A stretch of 64,000 bases of DNA, from positions 6,758,001 through 6,822,000 of the forward strand of contig OZ059897.1 in the NCBI GenBank assembly GCA_964057225.1, in the 5' to 3' direction. Below the pieces are notes generated by a model. It was not told where the DNA came from. It made no database searches and saw only the letters and a program-made list of their open reading frames with translations. A program made the position numbers and the translations under genes. Shown here piece after piece: positions 38,795 to 50,556 of this stretch (positions within the stretch are counted from its first letter, which is position 1; each line of letters opens with the position of its first letter). The stretch is from Auanema rhodensis (lineage: Eukaryota > Animalia > Nematoda).

Positions 38795-40202
38795 TTATAT
38801 AATTAAATGATCTTTTATCATAGAAATTTGATCATCATGAGTTTTATGGAAGGTTTGATCATGGTTATATTCTGTGAAAACCTTTTCGCCTGTTTGTCCC
38901 GGAATTTGAGTTGTAATCTGAAAACAAAAACAGAATAACATGATAGTTCTTAATGTGTTTATGCTTCAACTATAAAGCAAATAAGTACTAAGCGTTAGAT
39001 GCTCAAGCATAAGTTCGAAATAAATTCAAGCTGTAAACGTACTTTGTCACAAACTTTGTATCCAACAATTTGATCTTTTGTCGAGTAAACAGAAAAGACA
39101 TAACGTCCTTCATAATTAGTTACACTGTTAATATCCTGAAATAAATTTTATATTAATTTTTAAATTTTTTATTAAAATCAATTAAACCTGAAGATATTCG
39201 CTTTCTTGTGGACATACTCCAGAATACAGTCCAGTGACTTGATTACAGATTGGAATAATACTCAATACACATCCTGGAATAGCTACTCCTCCAACCTAAA
39301 ACAAAAACTTGGTTTAACAAAACTTTTCATATAGTATTTTTGACCTGAAGGCTGATACCGTGGTTTGGTCCGGCAGTTCCAACAAAGGTGTCGACAAACT
39401 TAGTCAAAGGTCCTCCAAGATACTCTCCAGTATCAACACATCTTCCTGCATTTATTAATTGAATAATCAAATAAAATGTAAAAGAAAGTCCAAAAAATTA
39501 AAGTTTTTAAAGATAATATGTTTAAAACTTGAAAAAAAACTCTAAAAAGAAAACTAGTAAAATTCATTACCTCCTAAGATTGCTTTACGGGAAACTGGAA
39601 CTCCAAGAGAAAATGAGACAACATCAACAGCTCTTCCGGTGTACAAACGGACGGCAACAATCAAAGCACGAACCTTTAAGTATGTTTCGTTAAAAAAACA
39701 AGAAAAATCCTTTTATTTCACTTGTTTAACGTATTCGCATCTCATGCTGTATTCAACCCACTTTACAGGATTTCCTTGAGCGCCATTGAAATATGTGGTC
39801 GAGTACAATTCACTATCTCGATAACCTTTTGTCCTGAACATAACAATCATATTAACGTGTTTTGGAGAGAAAATATTTGAAAAGGATGAATATACTTGAA
39901 GTAATTAGCGGCTTCTCTCATCTTTTCTCCTGCTGTATCTGATACTCCATGAACGAACACGACAGGTTGATTGATAATACGGTCAGAACTATGCTTCTTT
40001 CCTCCAAAAGATCCTCCTCTACCGAGGTCTTTTCTTAAATAAAATGAAATTATTAAGCTTCACGAAGTTGAGAAAGTTACCGTTCCATCTGATCTCGAAC
40101 CTCAGGTCCATAGTAGCTTTCTAACCACTTAGAGAAATCTTCGGAATAGCTAGCTGATACGACAGCTAGTAATGTTGTCAGACAGAATAATCGAACAAAC
40201 AT
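38795..40202 (-). CDS. Secreted class-2 lipase (nematode lips / Lipase_2 family)
   Basis: MFVRLFCLTTLLAVVSA signal; DLGRGGSFGG..PVVFVHG..GYRDSELYSTTY..VDVVSFSLGVPVSRKAILGGRCVDTGEYLGGPLT..AGPNHG..KDQIVG..NHD, giving Ser/Asp/His triad candidates. Confidence 0.93.
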
Positions 40203-41229
40203 TTCATAAATTATAAAACCTCAAGTAGTATATTGGAAATCAGTTAGTGATGTTGAAATTGTTTGCTAGAGCAGAAAATATGAAAATGAAACAAGAGCTG
40301 TGAATTGTGAAGCCTACAGTTAGGTGGATAGATACAAGTGAAAGCGATTGGATAATAGATTAGGAACAAGCATATCTCCAAGAAATGTGAGCCAAAATCA
40401 TGAATCAACTGTTTGACAAGAAAATCGAAAATCTATTCAATTTTATTAGTTATTATGGAAGAAAAAAGAGAAAAGTGTGTGAAACATAGCGAGAATGCTT
40501 GATAGTTTGACCACAAGTTTCTATATGTTCATAGATGCAACGTAAGTTCAGCATGAAGACGATAAAAGCGTTGAAAATGAAAAAGAAGAATAAGATGAAG
40601 AAGGATAGCTATACGACTGGTTCTTTGTAGATGTCTGTCAAAATTTCAGATGAGCCGTAGAAGTAACAATAGCCATATAAGAACCTGAGAATAGGATAAG
40701 AATGAGATATGTATGTATGAAAGTAGAAAGATAGGATATATTCAAAAGAGAGAAAAGAGAAAGTTAGAAAGAAAAAGATAGATGAAGAGAAAATGAATGA
40801 AAGCGAATCATCATGATTCTTCTCCTCCTCTACCACCATCTCCCCCCCCCCCCACCTTAGGATCACGACGGAAACCGGATAAGTTGATAGGGGTCAAAAT
40901 CATTGAAATACATCTATCAGCATATTAACTAATTGATGTAGAAACCTCTTATGCATACCTTGAAATCGTTTTCCCTTTTCCTCTTGATCTCTTTCGTACT
41001 CTCGTCATTTCTATAGTCTTACTTTCTATTTTTCTCTGTATTCTTAATATGTTCTCTCCGTTTTCATTCGATTTTTTTCTATTTGAATACATTACCCCTT
41101 CCCTTCTCTCTCTCTCTCTCCCCCTCTCTTTCTTTCTTTATTTCAAGAATTTTCTATAAATATTTTCAAATTTAAATTATTTTTCATAAAATTTATTTAG
41201 CGAACATTATTAAATAAAATTCATTTTTT

Positions 41230-41960
41230 TCAAATTAAGTTTTCCAAATCAGCTTCAAATATATCAGCCATGGGTGCAATCTTAGCGAATACAGGGAAAT
41301 AGTTTGGAATGCCTTCAGCTGTTGTTCGAGCTAATGGTGATTTCCTCTCAGGTAATGCTGTTCTGTAATAAAATAAACTTTAAATTAGCAAAAACTTAAA
41401 TAGTATACATATTGACTGAACAAGCATCACATAATCTAAGATGAGTACAGAGTGATGGATGTGGTTCAAATCTTTTGAGTTGTTTGTATATTTCCAGAAG
41501 TACATCTCGAGTTACATCTGAGCATAACGCTTGAAGATTTTTGTTTGAAACCATTTTTAGACAGAATTTCTCAGCCGTCTAGAATACAAAATTATGTTTT
41601 TTGGTTGAAAAAAAAATGAAAAGAAGGAAAGAATGAAAACGATCACCTTAAGCAATTCTTGACTATCTATGGCTTGATCAACTTTTACAATAATATCAGT
41701 ACATCTTGTACAAAGGAAACTCATAAATTCCTAAAGGAAAGCCATTAGAAAACGTCTTTTACCCATAAATTTACTTCAATTTTCTTAATAATTCCACTGA
41801 AAAATCCACCAGGAAATTTATTTAGGTCTTCAACCATTTGTAGTGGAATATGCTCCAGTTCTTCAGTAGGAGCCAATGTCGTGTACTCTGGCTCATGTGG
41901 CTTCTTCCATCCAAACACAGATACTGAGCTTATAAGAAGAAGTAGAAGAATAAATTTCAT
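41230..41960 (-). CDS. Saposin-B-type domain protein (spp-like) with N- and C-terminal extensions
   Basis: Signal peptide MKFILLLLLISSVSVFG; six-Cys saposin spacing LCTRC..EKFC..ALC..SLCTHLRLC; four exons; ends EADLENLI*. Confidence 0.8.
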
Positions 41961-42583
41961 TATCTTAAAAGATTTTTAAAGAATTTTTGAAAAAAATGAA
42001 AAAAGAAAAACATTTATAACCGAAGAAAGGGAGAATTATAAAAGCCAAAATTTAAATTTAAAAAGGAATAGCATGTCTTAGTGGTTACAAATAAAACTAT
42101 ATATGAAGTCTTTCAATTGAAATTCAATTTGTTTGCATCATCGCAATCAATGATAATATTGACTTTTTGTATTTAGACAGTTTTAAAAAACAAAAAGGTT
42201 CTCAAGCTCTTTATAGCTATGTATGTGACAAATTTCAACCTACATTTCAACCTACGTTTCATAACAATATCAAACTTTAATACAAACTTGTTCTTCATAT
42301 ATATGAATCATATAAATGCATAATTATTCAAATATTTGTTATAATAATTAGAATATTCAGTTGACGTACGTGGGTGGATGTTCACAAATACAGTTCACGT
42401 AATCATTTTGTTTTTCATTTTTCAGACATGTTGAACGGTTGTTATGATTGTAAAAGTTTTTGAATTTCATATTATTAAATTTCTTGTTAAAACTTTATAA
42501 AATCAACAAAATTAACAAAAATAATAATAAATAAGTGATTCAAAATCAATTTTATAATTGTAATACTAATAAATCAGATCAAT

Positions 42584-43632
42584 TTAAAGTTCTTGATGTC
42601 CTTGAACTGGCTCATACTTGATTTCGGCTCCATCAGATTCTGGGGTCTGAAAATTTATTAATTTTAGCTTTAACTCTATCAAACATATATACTTCAATAG
42701 AGGTCCAGCCAGTTTTTGGTCCAATTCTGATTCCAGCAACAATCTTCTTACCGTCCAAAACGTTGGCTGAAAGCTTCCAGTCTCCCTATAAGAGAAAAAT
42801 CAATTAGTAGCCAAAACATTTAAGCTGTTATGTGATTAGAAAGATTATATCAACTTAATTTCACTCGAGTATTATCAGTTTTAAAAGAGTATTTGGCTAC
42901 TTTTCAACTGATAATAACAGTCACTGTTATGCAATTTACGTACTTCAAGCTGAGGAATAGGCATTGGTCCGATGTCGATCAACTCTTGAGTGGCAATCAG
43001 GGAAAGATCAATGAGTCCTGGAGTCTTGTTGGCCAAGAGAGCGCACTTATCCTCTCCGGCAACCTTACAGAAGTCGAATTTGCTGTAAAAGAATAGTTGT
43101 ACGTTTCGAATATTGAAGACTTAGAAATAGGCTTGAATTTCAAGTTGGAAACATACCAAAGCTCGTTGGGTACAAACTGGTTCTTGCTAACTCCGTTCTC
43201 ACAGACGACTCCAATCAACCAGGATTGCTTTTCGACGTTGAGAACAAGTTGGAGTGGCTTGCTGGGGTTTTCCTTAACTCCTTCTTTGATATGAACCTTT
43301 CCTATACAACATCATTCCTAGTTTGTTACAATCAACCAAATCGAAACCTTTTCCAAGTTTGAAGTGTCCTGGAAGAAGGAAGCTAGCTCTCTTCTTGGCT
43401 CCAGATCCGGTACAAGCAGGGTTCTTTTGCTTATCATAGGTCCAAAGTTCTACATCTTCGAAAGCAATCTTTCCCTTTCCTTTAACAAATTTTAATTCAG
43501 AAAACATAAGTGAAGTACGAAATGCAAACCATTGGTAGTATCGGTAATCTTGATGACGTTGTCAACTCCATCTTCACAAGCCCAAGTGGAAACAACAAAG
43601 CAGAGAGCTATAACACCAAGAGCGCGAATCAT
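42584..43632 (-). CDS. Secretory-pathway Cys-containing beta-rich protein, tentatively ML/GM2-activator-like lipid-binding fold, C-terminal HQEL
   Basis: ATG directly after a TTCAG acceptor. MIRALGVIALCFVVSTWACEDG..NPAC..FLLPGHFKLGKGKVHI..IGVVCENGVS..ELCKFDFCKVAGEDKCALL..GDWKLSANV..IVAGIRI..GHQEL*. The gene structure is clear; the fold assignment is tentative. Confidence 0.7.
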
Positions 43633-44937
43633 CCTGAATACGATTTGAATTGTGAGAAATTCATGGTAATAATGGTCAAGAGAATTAAAAATAGGCGTGG
43701 GTAGCGCATAAGATGAATGAATTCTTATTTTTTTGCTTGAATGAGAAGCTAGAAACACAGATGTTGGTGAGAGAAGTCAGGAAGAAGAAGAAGAAGATGA
43801 TGAAGAAGAAGAAGGGAAATGGTGATTGAATACTATATTTGTCACGATGTTAAGTAAGAGTGATCTAGCATAATGAATGAAGATGTTCAAGCAGAATAGT
43901 ATTGAAGCAGAAGCTCAAAAGGCGGAGTATAATTGTAAGTACACGTATCACAAAGCAATTAGTCAAGTTTTCTTATCAAGCACTTTATATAATATGAAAA
44001 ATGAAGAGAGAAGCTAAAGATATGCAGAGTAATAGTAGCAATAAAATGTGGCAATGTGTTTCCATTATCATTTATGAAACTTTATAATAGATTATATAGT
44101 TTAGAGAGAATCATAGATAATTCCAAAGCAAAAAGATCAATAGACAACTGGATGGATGGAGATGTACTGTGTTGTATCTGTTATGTGCAAATACAGGTCA
44201 AACAGTCATGAAGATTACTGCTAATGGTATACAATAGTATCGAAACTTGATATTTCGATTGTCATTACGGGAAAATCAAAAGAAAAAACAAATTTTGAAG
44301 TTTTATTTGAAACTTGATGAGACACATTGATGGGATTTTTGAATAAACATATACATGTACATGTGTATATATGGAAATGAAGTGCTTTTATGAAATTGAT
44401 AATAAGTTCAAACCTAAATATCTTTGTACCCAATGAATAAACTTTGATTTCATTATGAATTGGAGTTTCTTTTTAGCTTTTTATTCTCTCTCCCTCTCTT
44501 TCCCTCTCCCTCTCCCTTCCTCACTCTCTCGCTCTCAACCTCAAAGCATTTTCTTTATTCAATGGTTATTTTTAGAAACTTTAATGCTGATGAATAGAAC
44601 TTTAGACATATTATGTATGTCGATGATGTTATGATCAATCTTATCTATAATCCTCTTAACTAATACAAACATCAATTTTTTAATTAAAAAACGTTTTATC
44701 TTTCAAATAGTTAGTTAAAGCTTTGAAATATCATGAAAAAGCCAACATTGTAACAGTTTATTCTGTGGAATTGTTATGTAAGTAAGGACATGACTATAAG
44801 TAAAAGAAAAATAATAAGAATTCTCAAACAATTGCTTATCATTATCATTTTTTTCAACTTATGAACGTAGAGATTGCTGTGTGTCTTCAATTGTTTCACA
44901 TTTTTTTGTCTTTTTGGTTCAATTCTTCAGTTGCATT

Positions 44938-45607
44938 TCAACGTTTTCCAAGTCCAATACCTCCAAGTGTGTCAAATGCTGATAAAGCTCGTTTATCATC
45001 AGCTGTATGTCTAGCTGATCCTGAAAATTCTTTTCTATCAAATGTTCTTGACAAGATTCTTTTGTTTTCGGAATTTTAAACACATTTCATGTACCACTTG
45101 GTGATAATACAGAGAAAATAAGTTGCAGCTTTCAAGTTTCATATCTTGAAAGCTTCAAGTTTTTGATTCAAAGTTTGAAAGTTGAATATTTAAAAATAAA
45201 AGAAGAAGGATAGAACGAGAAGTTGGTTTCAAAACAGCTTCTACCTCCTTTCACAGTACCGTATGAAAGTCCTGATCGTTTAACGAACGGATCTTCATCT
45301 AGCAATATATACTCGGCTCGTTTATAATCCGTATCCACCAGTGGATCAAATGCTCGCTTGCCCAATCCTTAAATAATTTATTTTTTGCAGATTTTATGTT
45401 GAAAATATTTTTAATTTTCAGTCAATTTGAATTGAAATTCTCAAGTTTTTAAGCTCAAAGTAGTTATATAGATTCATATCTAAATGATTTTAAAGAAGAC
45501 TTATAAGAATGATGATATGAAAATAAAGAAAAGCTTATTTCTAACTATAAATATATAAATAACTAACTATATATAGATTTAGAGAGAATAAAAGAGAGAG
45601 AGAGAAT

Positions 45608-45658
<51 letters not shown>

Positions 45659-46239
45659 AAAGAGAGAGAGAGAGTTTTTATATAAACAATCAATAACTAT
45701 ATGTAAGTTTGAAATCTTATATAATCAGCAGTGAATAATCTTTTATTCAACTTTCTACAGTTTATGAGAACATTAAAACTTCATTATATATGAATAAACA
45801 AACCTATTCCACCCAAAGTATCGAAGTGTGAGATGGATGCTGTTCGTTTTCCCAATCCTATAACACATCACAGAAGATGATATGGTTCTGTTTTTCAAGA
45901 TAATACTAAAGACGTTTGACTTACCAATTCCACCAAGTGTGTCAAAAGCGCTCAGCTGAGATCGTTTTCCGAGTCCTGAAAAGCAAAAGAAATAGATCAT
46001 TTTCTGTTTTCGATCATAATAAGTTTCTTTCATATCAATAGCTCATACCAATTCCTGCGAGAGTATCGAAAGAGCTGACGGCTCTCTTAGTGGCTAAGGC
46101 TGAGTTATCAAAGCTCATTGGTGCAGCCATAGTCTGTAAAAATAAAAAAAGGATTATCTCTTCAAGTTTTAAAGTGTCAACTTACCAATCTCAAGGCTGA
46201 ATCCACAAATATGAGAATGGCCAACAATTCTTTTGACAT
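44938..46239 (-). CDS. nlp-5: Neuropeptide precursor, NLP-5-like (FDTL(G/A)GIGL-amide; allatostatin-A/buccalin-like)
   Basis: Signal peptide, then KR-flanked peptides AVSSFDTLAGIGLG, SQLSAFDTLGGIGLG, TASISHFDTLGGIGLG and ALSAFDTLGGIGLG with GKR amidation sites; resembles C. elegans NLP-5 FDxLGGMGL-amides. Confidence 0.88.
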
Positions 46240-46717
46240 TTTATACCTTTAAAAGTAAAAAATACATAAATCTCATCTGTTTATATTGAAAAATTAAGAG
46301 AAAAGGTATAAGATTTCAATAATACCAAGAAATTATATAAGAAAATTAAAAATTTGCAATAAATGATGTTACAATGTTAACTTTGAGATTAAGAAGACAC
46401 AAAACAAATAATAATCTGCTAGAATATGAATACTTCTTCAATAATATTTTGAAGAAAACTGTAGCTAACAAAGATGTTCGTCAGCTACTTTTGTCATATA
46501 TGGAATACCTTTGTGACAATAGGAGTAGAATAGAAGAAAGTTAAAGCTTAAGCTTCTGAGCTTCTTCAACAACGCTTATGATGAATTTAAAGATAGAGAG
46601 AGGAACAGTAAACGAAGTGAGAGAGTTATATTGAGAGTTAGAAGAGAAAAGAGAAGAAGAAGAGAGAGAGAAACATATTGAGAGCAAGAAAGAGAGAGAG
46701 AGAGCAAGAAATAGAGA

Positions 46718-46753
<36 letters not shown>

Positions 46754-49700
46754 AATACAATTATATGATAGACTGGAAGAATATGCTGTATCTGGAAAAA
46801 ATATCAAATCATCAGAATCAGGCACGAAAAAAAAATAAAGGAGGATAAGCTGGTAATGGCGATATTGTAGAGTCATTGGTATGATAACACACATATACAC
46901 ACATACTATATTGAATTGCCTATACGAGCTTCAGAATTCTGATCATAAATTCATGAAAAATCTATTCTACGACCTCTTCAGAGTCGAACAATCCTTGAAT
47001 AATATGAGAAAGAAAAGATAATTTTTAGTGTAATCCTTCCATATAATGTTTGAAACTAAAAATATATATAAATTGAAGCTGCTATGACGATATGATATAG
47101 TAGGGTGAGATGTAAAATAACTTCTGAATGTCTGAAGAATTTTGAAAAAAAAAAGAAAAGAAATAAAAAGCTTCTAATACAACGGCTACAAAGATTGCAA
47201 ACATATATACAGATACATCTATACATCTATGTATAGATATGAATATAAGATATGTATATGTACAGAACATTATGTAGGCGTTCAAAATTCTGAATATTGA
47301 AGAATCTTCGAGATGATACATACAATCATTATATACTATGCTTTAATACTATCTTATATGATATATGAAGAAAATGTTATTTATGAGATGTTTTAGGTAC
47401 ATTCTTTAAATATCTTTTGTGTGTTAAAGAAGAAGAAGCATTGCAAGATTCATCAAGTAATTCCATTGTGCTTGTCCTGTCATTCAAGGGAATGTAGGCT
47501 ATACAGTAATTGCAAGATAATCAGGGGGTTATAATCGTAAATCTTCAATATTTCAAGGATATTTTAAACGTTCATTTTTTGAACATGGACTGAAAAAAAT
47601 TGGAAAAATGTTCATTTTTCATCAAAGAAATACAGAATTTCAACACTTTATGGGCGGAATTTGGAAACTTTCGTATCAATTATCAATGAAAACATCAGAT
47701 TTACATTTGTTTATATAATATTCGTCATTGAAAATTTGAATGATTTTGTAAATGACAGGAAACGAAATTTAATTTTTATACAAAAATTGGAGGAAAATAG
47801 AATAAAAGAATGATGGCTTGATGACGTCTTAAGAAGTTTCTTAATTCAAACGTAACTGAGCATCATGGCGGAGTTTCAATGAATGTTGCAACTTTATTCC
47901 AAACGTTTGGAGGAGGTTCACGATTGTGGGAATCCTTTATCAGAATAGCTGGATTCTTTTGAGTTGGTAAATTGTATGAATGAATGGAAGTCTGGGAATA
48001 GATGGCTTCAGAATAGAATTGAAAACTGAATATATAGGTTTGGAAAAGTTTTCAATCTTGGCATCACTTCTTTTCTTTTCCTCTTTCTCTTTTCCATCTT
48101 TTTTCCTGCGCTTTGACGGATTTAGTAAATCCAAATCTGAGGTGGAAGCCAGATGACGTAAATTGTGGGATGATATTGGGACTTCACCTTCATTCAACCT
48201 TCCACGAGCTAAAAATGTTTTGCTTTCGACCAACTGAGTAGTACTGAAGCTGGCAAGGGAAAGCCAGAAAAGATATGAGCAGAAAACGGGCAAAATGATG
48301 AGACAATCACATTGAGCAACAGAATCCCTTTTTGAATTGGACTGACCGACGCAGCCATGTTCGACAGTAGCTTGAAGCCGTACTAAAGGATTTGAATCAG
48401 ATTAGTATCATCATCACTTCGGGCTATTTTTCATGATGAACTTTCAAGTTTGGCTTGCTTCAAGAAATATATTTTAATTTATATTTTATAAAACTCTAAG
48501 TGAAAACATCCTTAAAGCTTACAGAAGAATGTGAAAAAGTTGATTAACCATAACAAACGTTATTTCCCTCACTACTCTGAAAGAAGTGAGCCGACTCTTA
48601 AACTCTGACTGCCCTAAACCAACCGCTCACTGCATCTTGATAAAGTAAAATGAATCACTGGCAAAACTACATTAGTTCATTAGCATAGCAACGAAGCATT
48701 CCGCCTTCATCTCACGTCCAGCATCAGCATTCAATTGGCAGATTCACTGCTCAGCTGTTGTAATCAAAATATTTCGTTTGCTTTTGACACGCACGAAGTA
48801 ACAACATCATTATCATCATCATTACGCTCTAAGCGTATGTTATAACATATGCATCTTTATCAGAAGACGAGTAGCTTCTCTACACTTTGTTTGTTTTTCT
48901 TGAAATTCTTTTCAGGAATAACCACTCACTTGCCTAATTCAGTCATTGGCCTTCTTTCCTTAGAAAATTCTATTCATACATGAATAGCAAAATGAAAAGC
49001 TTTCCTCTTTTAATTTCTAATTGTTGACTCCATTTTTTAAATTTTTCTTTTTGTATTTCATTTTTTTGAAAAATATTTTACTTTACTTTATAATTAGTAT
49101 TGAATTCATTATTAGAGTCAAGCAACCATACTTCCTTCTTTCTCTCTCTTTCTCTATAAATATATATGTATTCATCAACAGTTTGCCTTTCATGCAAATA
49201 GTATTAAAATCAAAACTTTCAAGTTTTCAAAGAAAACTTATTTGAAACTTTTTTTTTCTTTTCTTAATATTCGCCTTTTTTCATTTTCATTCTCTTTTTT
49301 TCCTTTTTTTCTTGCTTTCAAAAATTTCAAAGTATTTTCAAAATATTCTTATTGCTCAGTGAATTTCTCTAAAAAAGCCATTTTGTATCCAACTTTCAGC
49401 ACATTCCTCTTAGTTGCTCGTTTTTAGTTTTCATCGAGGCAAACTCGTCTCTGAAGTTTTTCAAATAACCAATACTTGCGATAGAAAAATTTCCAAATTT
49501 GTCATCATCAGGAAATCCTGACCAGCACTGAAATTGTCTGAGTAGAATAGATAAACTGAATGCTGTTATACTGTATTAGGGATGAGATAGCCACATACAT
49601 CATACATCTGCGAATTGCTCTAGCTTCATATGACAGCTTTTCAGATGAAGGAGAATGAAGCGTCAAAGTTCAACTTTGCCGAGACTAGATTCCGAAGACA

Positions 49701-50525
49701 AGGAAGATGTCGATGAGGACGATGTCTTCCGCCACCAACTGATTCTCTTCATCTTTCATCGTGCCTACCATTTTTCATCTTCCTTCTTCCTCCTTCCTTC
49801 TTCCTCCTTCATCTTCTTCTGACTCCAATCCAACCAACTAAGTCCACTTTTCCGTCTCTTCCATTTGACATAAGTTTCTCCGCTTCTCTGTCCTTTGACC
49901 ACTATTTCGTTGTTCTCGCTTTCCTTTTGCAGTCTTCTTGCCCTCTTTTAACTCCAGTTCGCTTTTCCTTCTTTTTAGCCCTCAGGGTCGCATTGATTCT
50001 CTCTCTGAGCCAATTCCAGTCAAAATATGACCCGATATGGCTTTGCTCTCGTGTTACAACACTCACAAAACAAGCTTCATTCACGCCTCTAAAAATGTCT
50101 CTTGTTTACTCCAAGACCCATGTATAGTCTTGTTCATTTTGTCCATTTTATTCAGCTCCGTTCAAGCTAAGTCTTAAGATTCATTCACATTTTATTCCTA
50201 TTTTTCTGTTCTAAATCATTTTCTTTAATCCCCTCGTTCTTCCAATTCCTTTTTTACCTTTTTTTCTCAATTCTCTTCTCCGATTTCAAATACACTATTC
50301 TATTATGAACACCGGAAGTCTCCATTATCTCAAAATTACTTTTCTAATTTTTAGCATAGCTAAGCACTATTTCGTATATTCTTCTCCCTTTTTCTTTTTC
50401 TCATCGTGAAATTATTCTATTAAAACTATTAGTTATCAATATAATATACAAAATATTTATAAAATCTCAGAATAGCAGTTGCAACTTACAGCTTAAGCAG
50501 TATTATTCCCTATTTTAGAATATAT

Positions 50526-50556
<31 letters not shown>

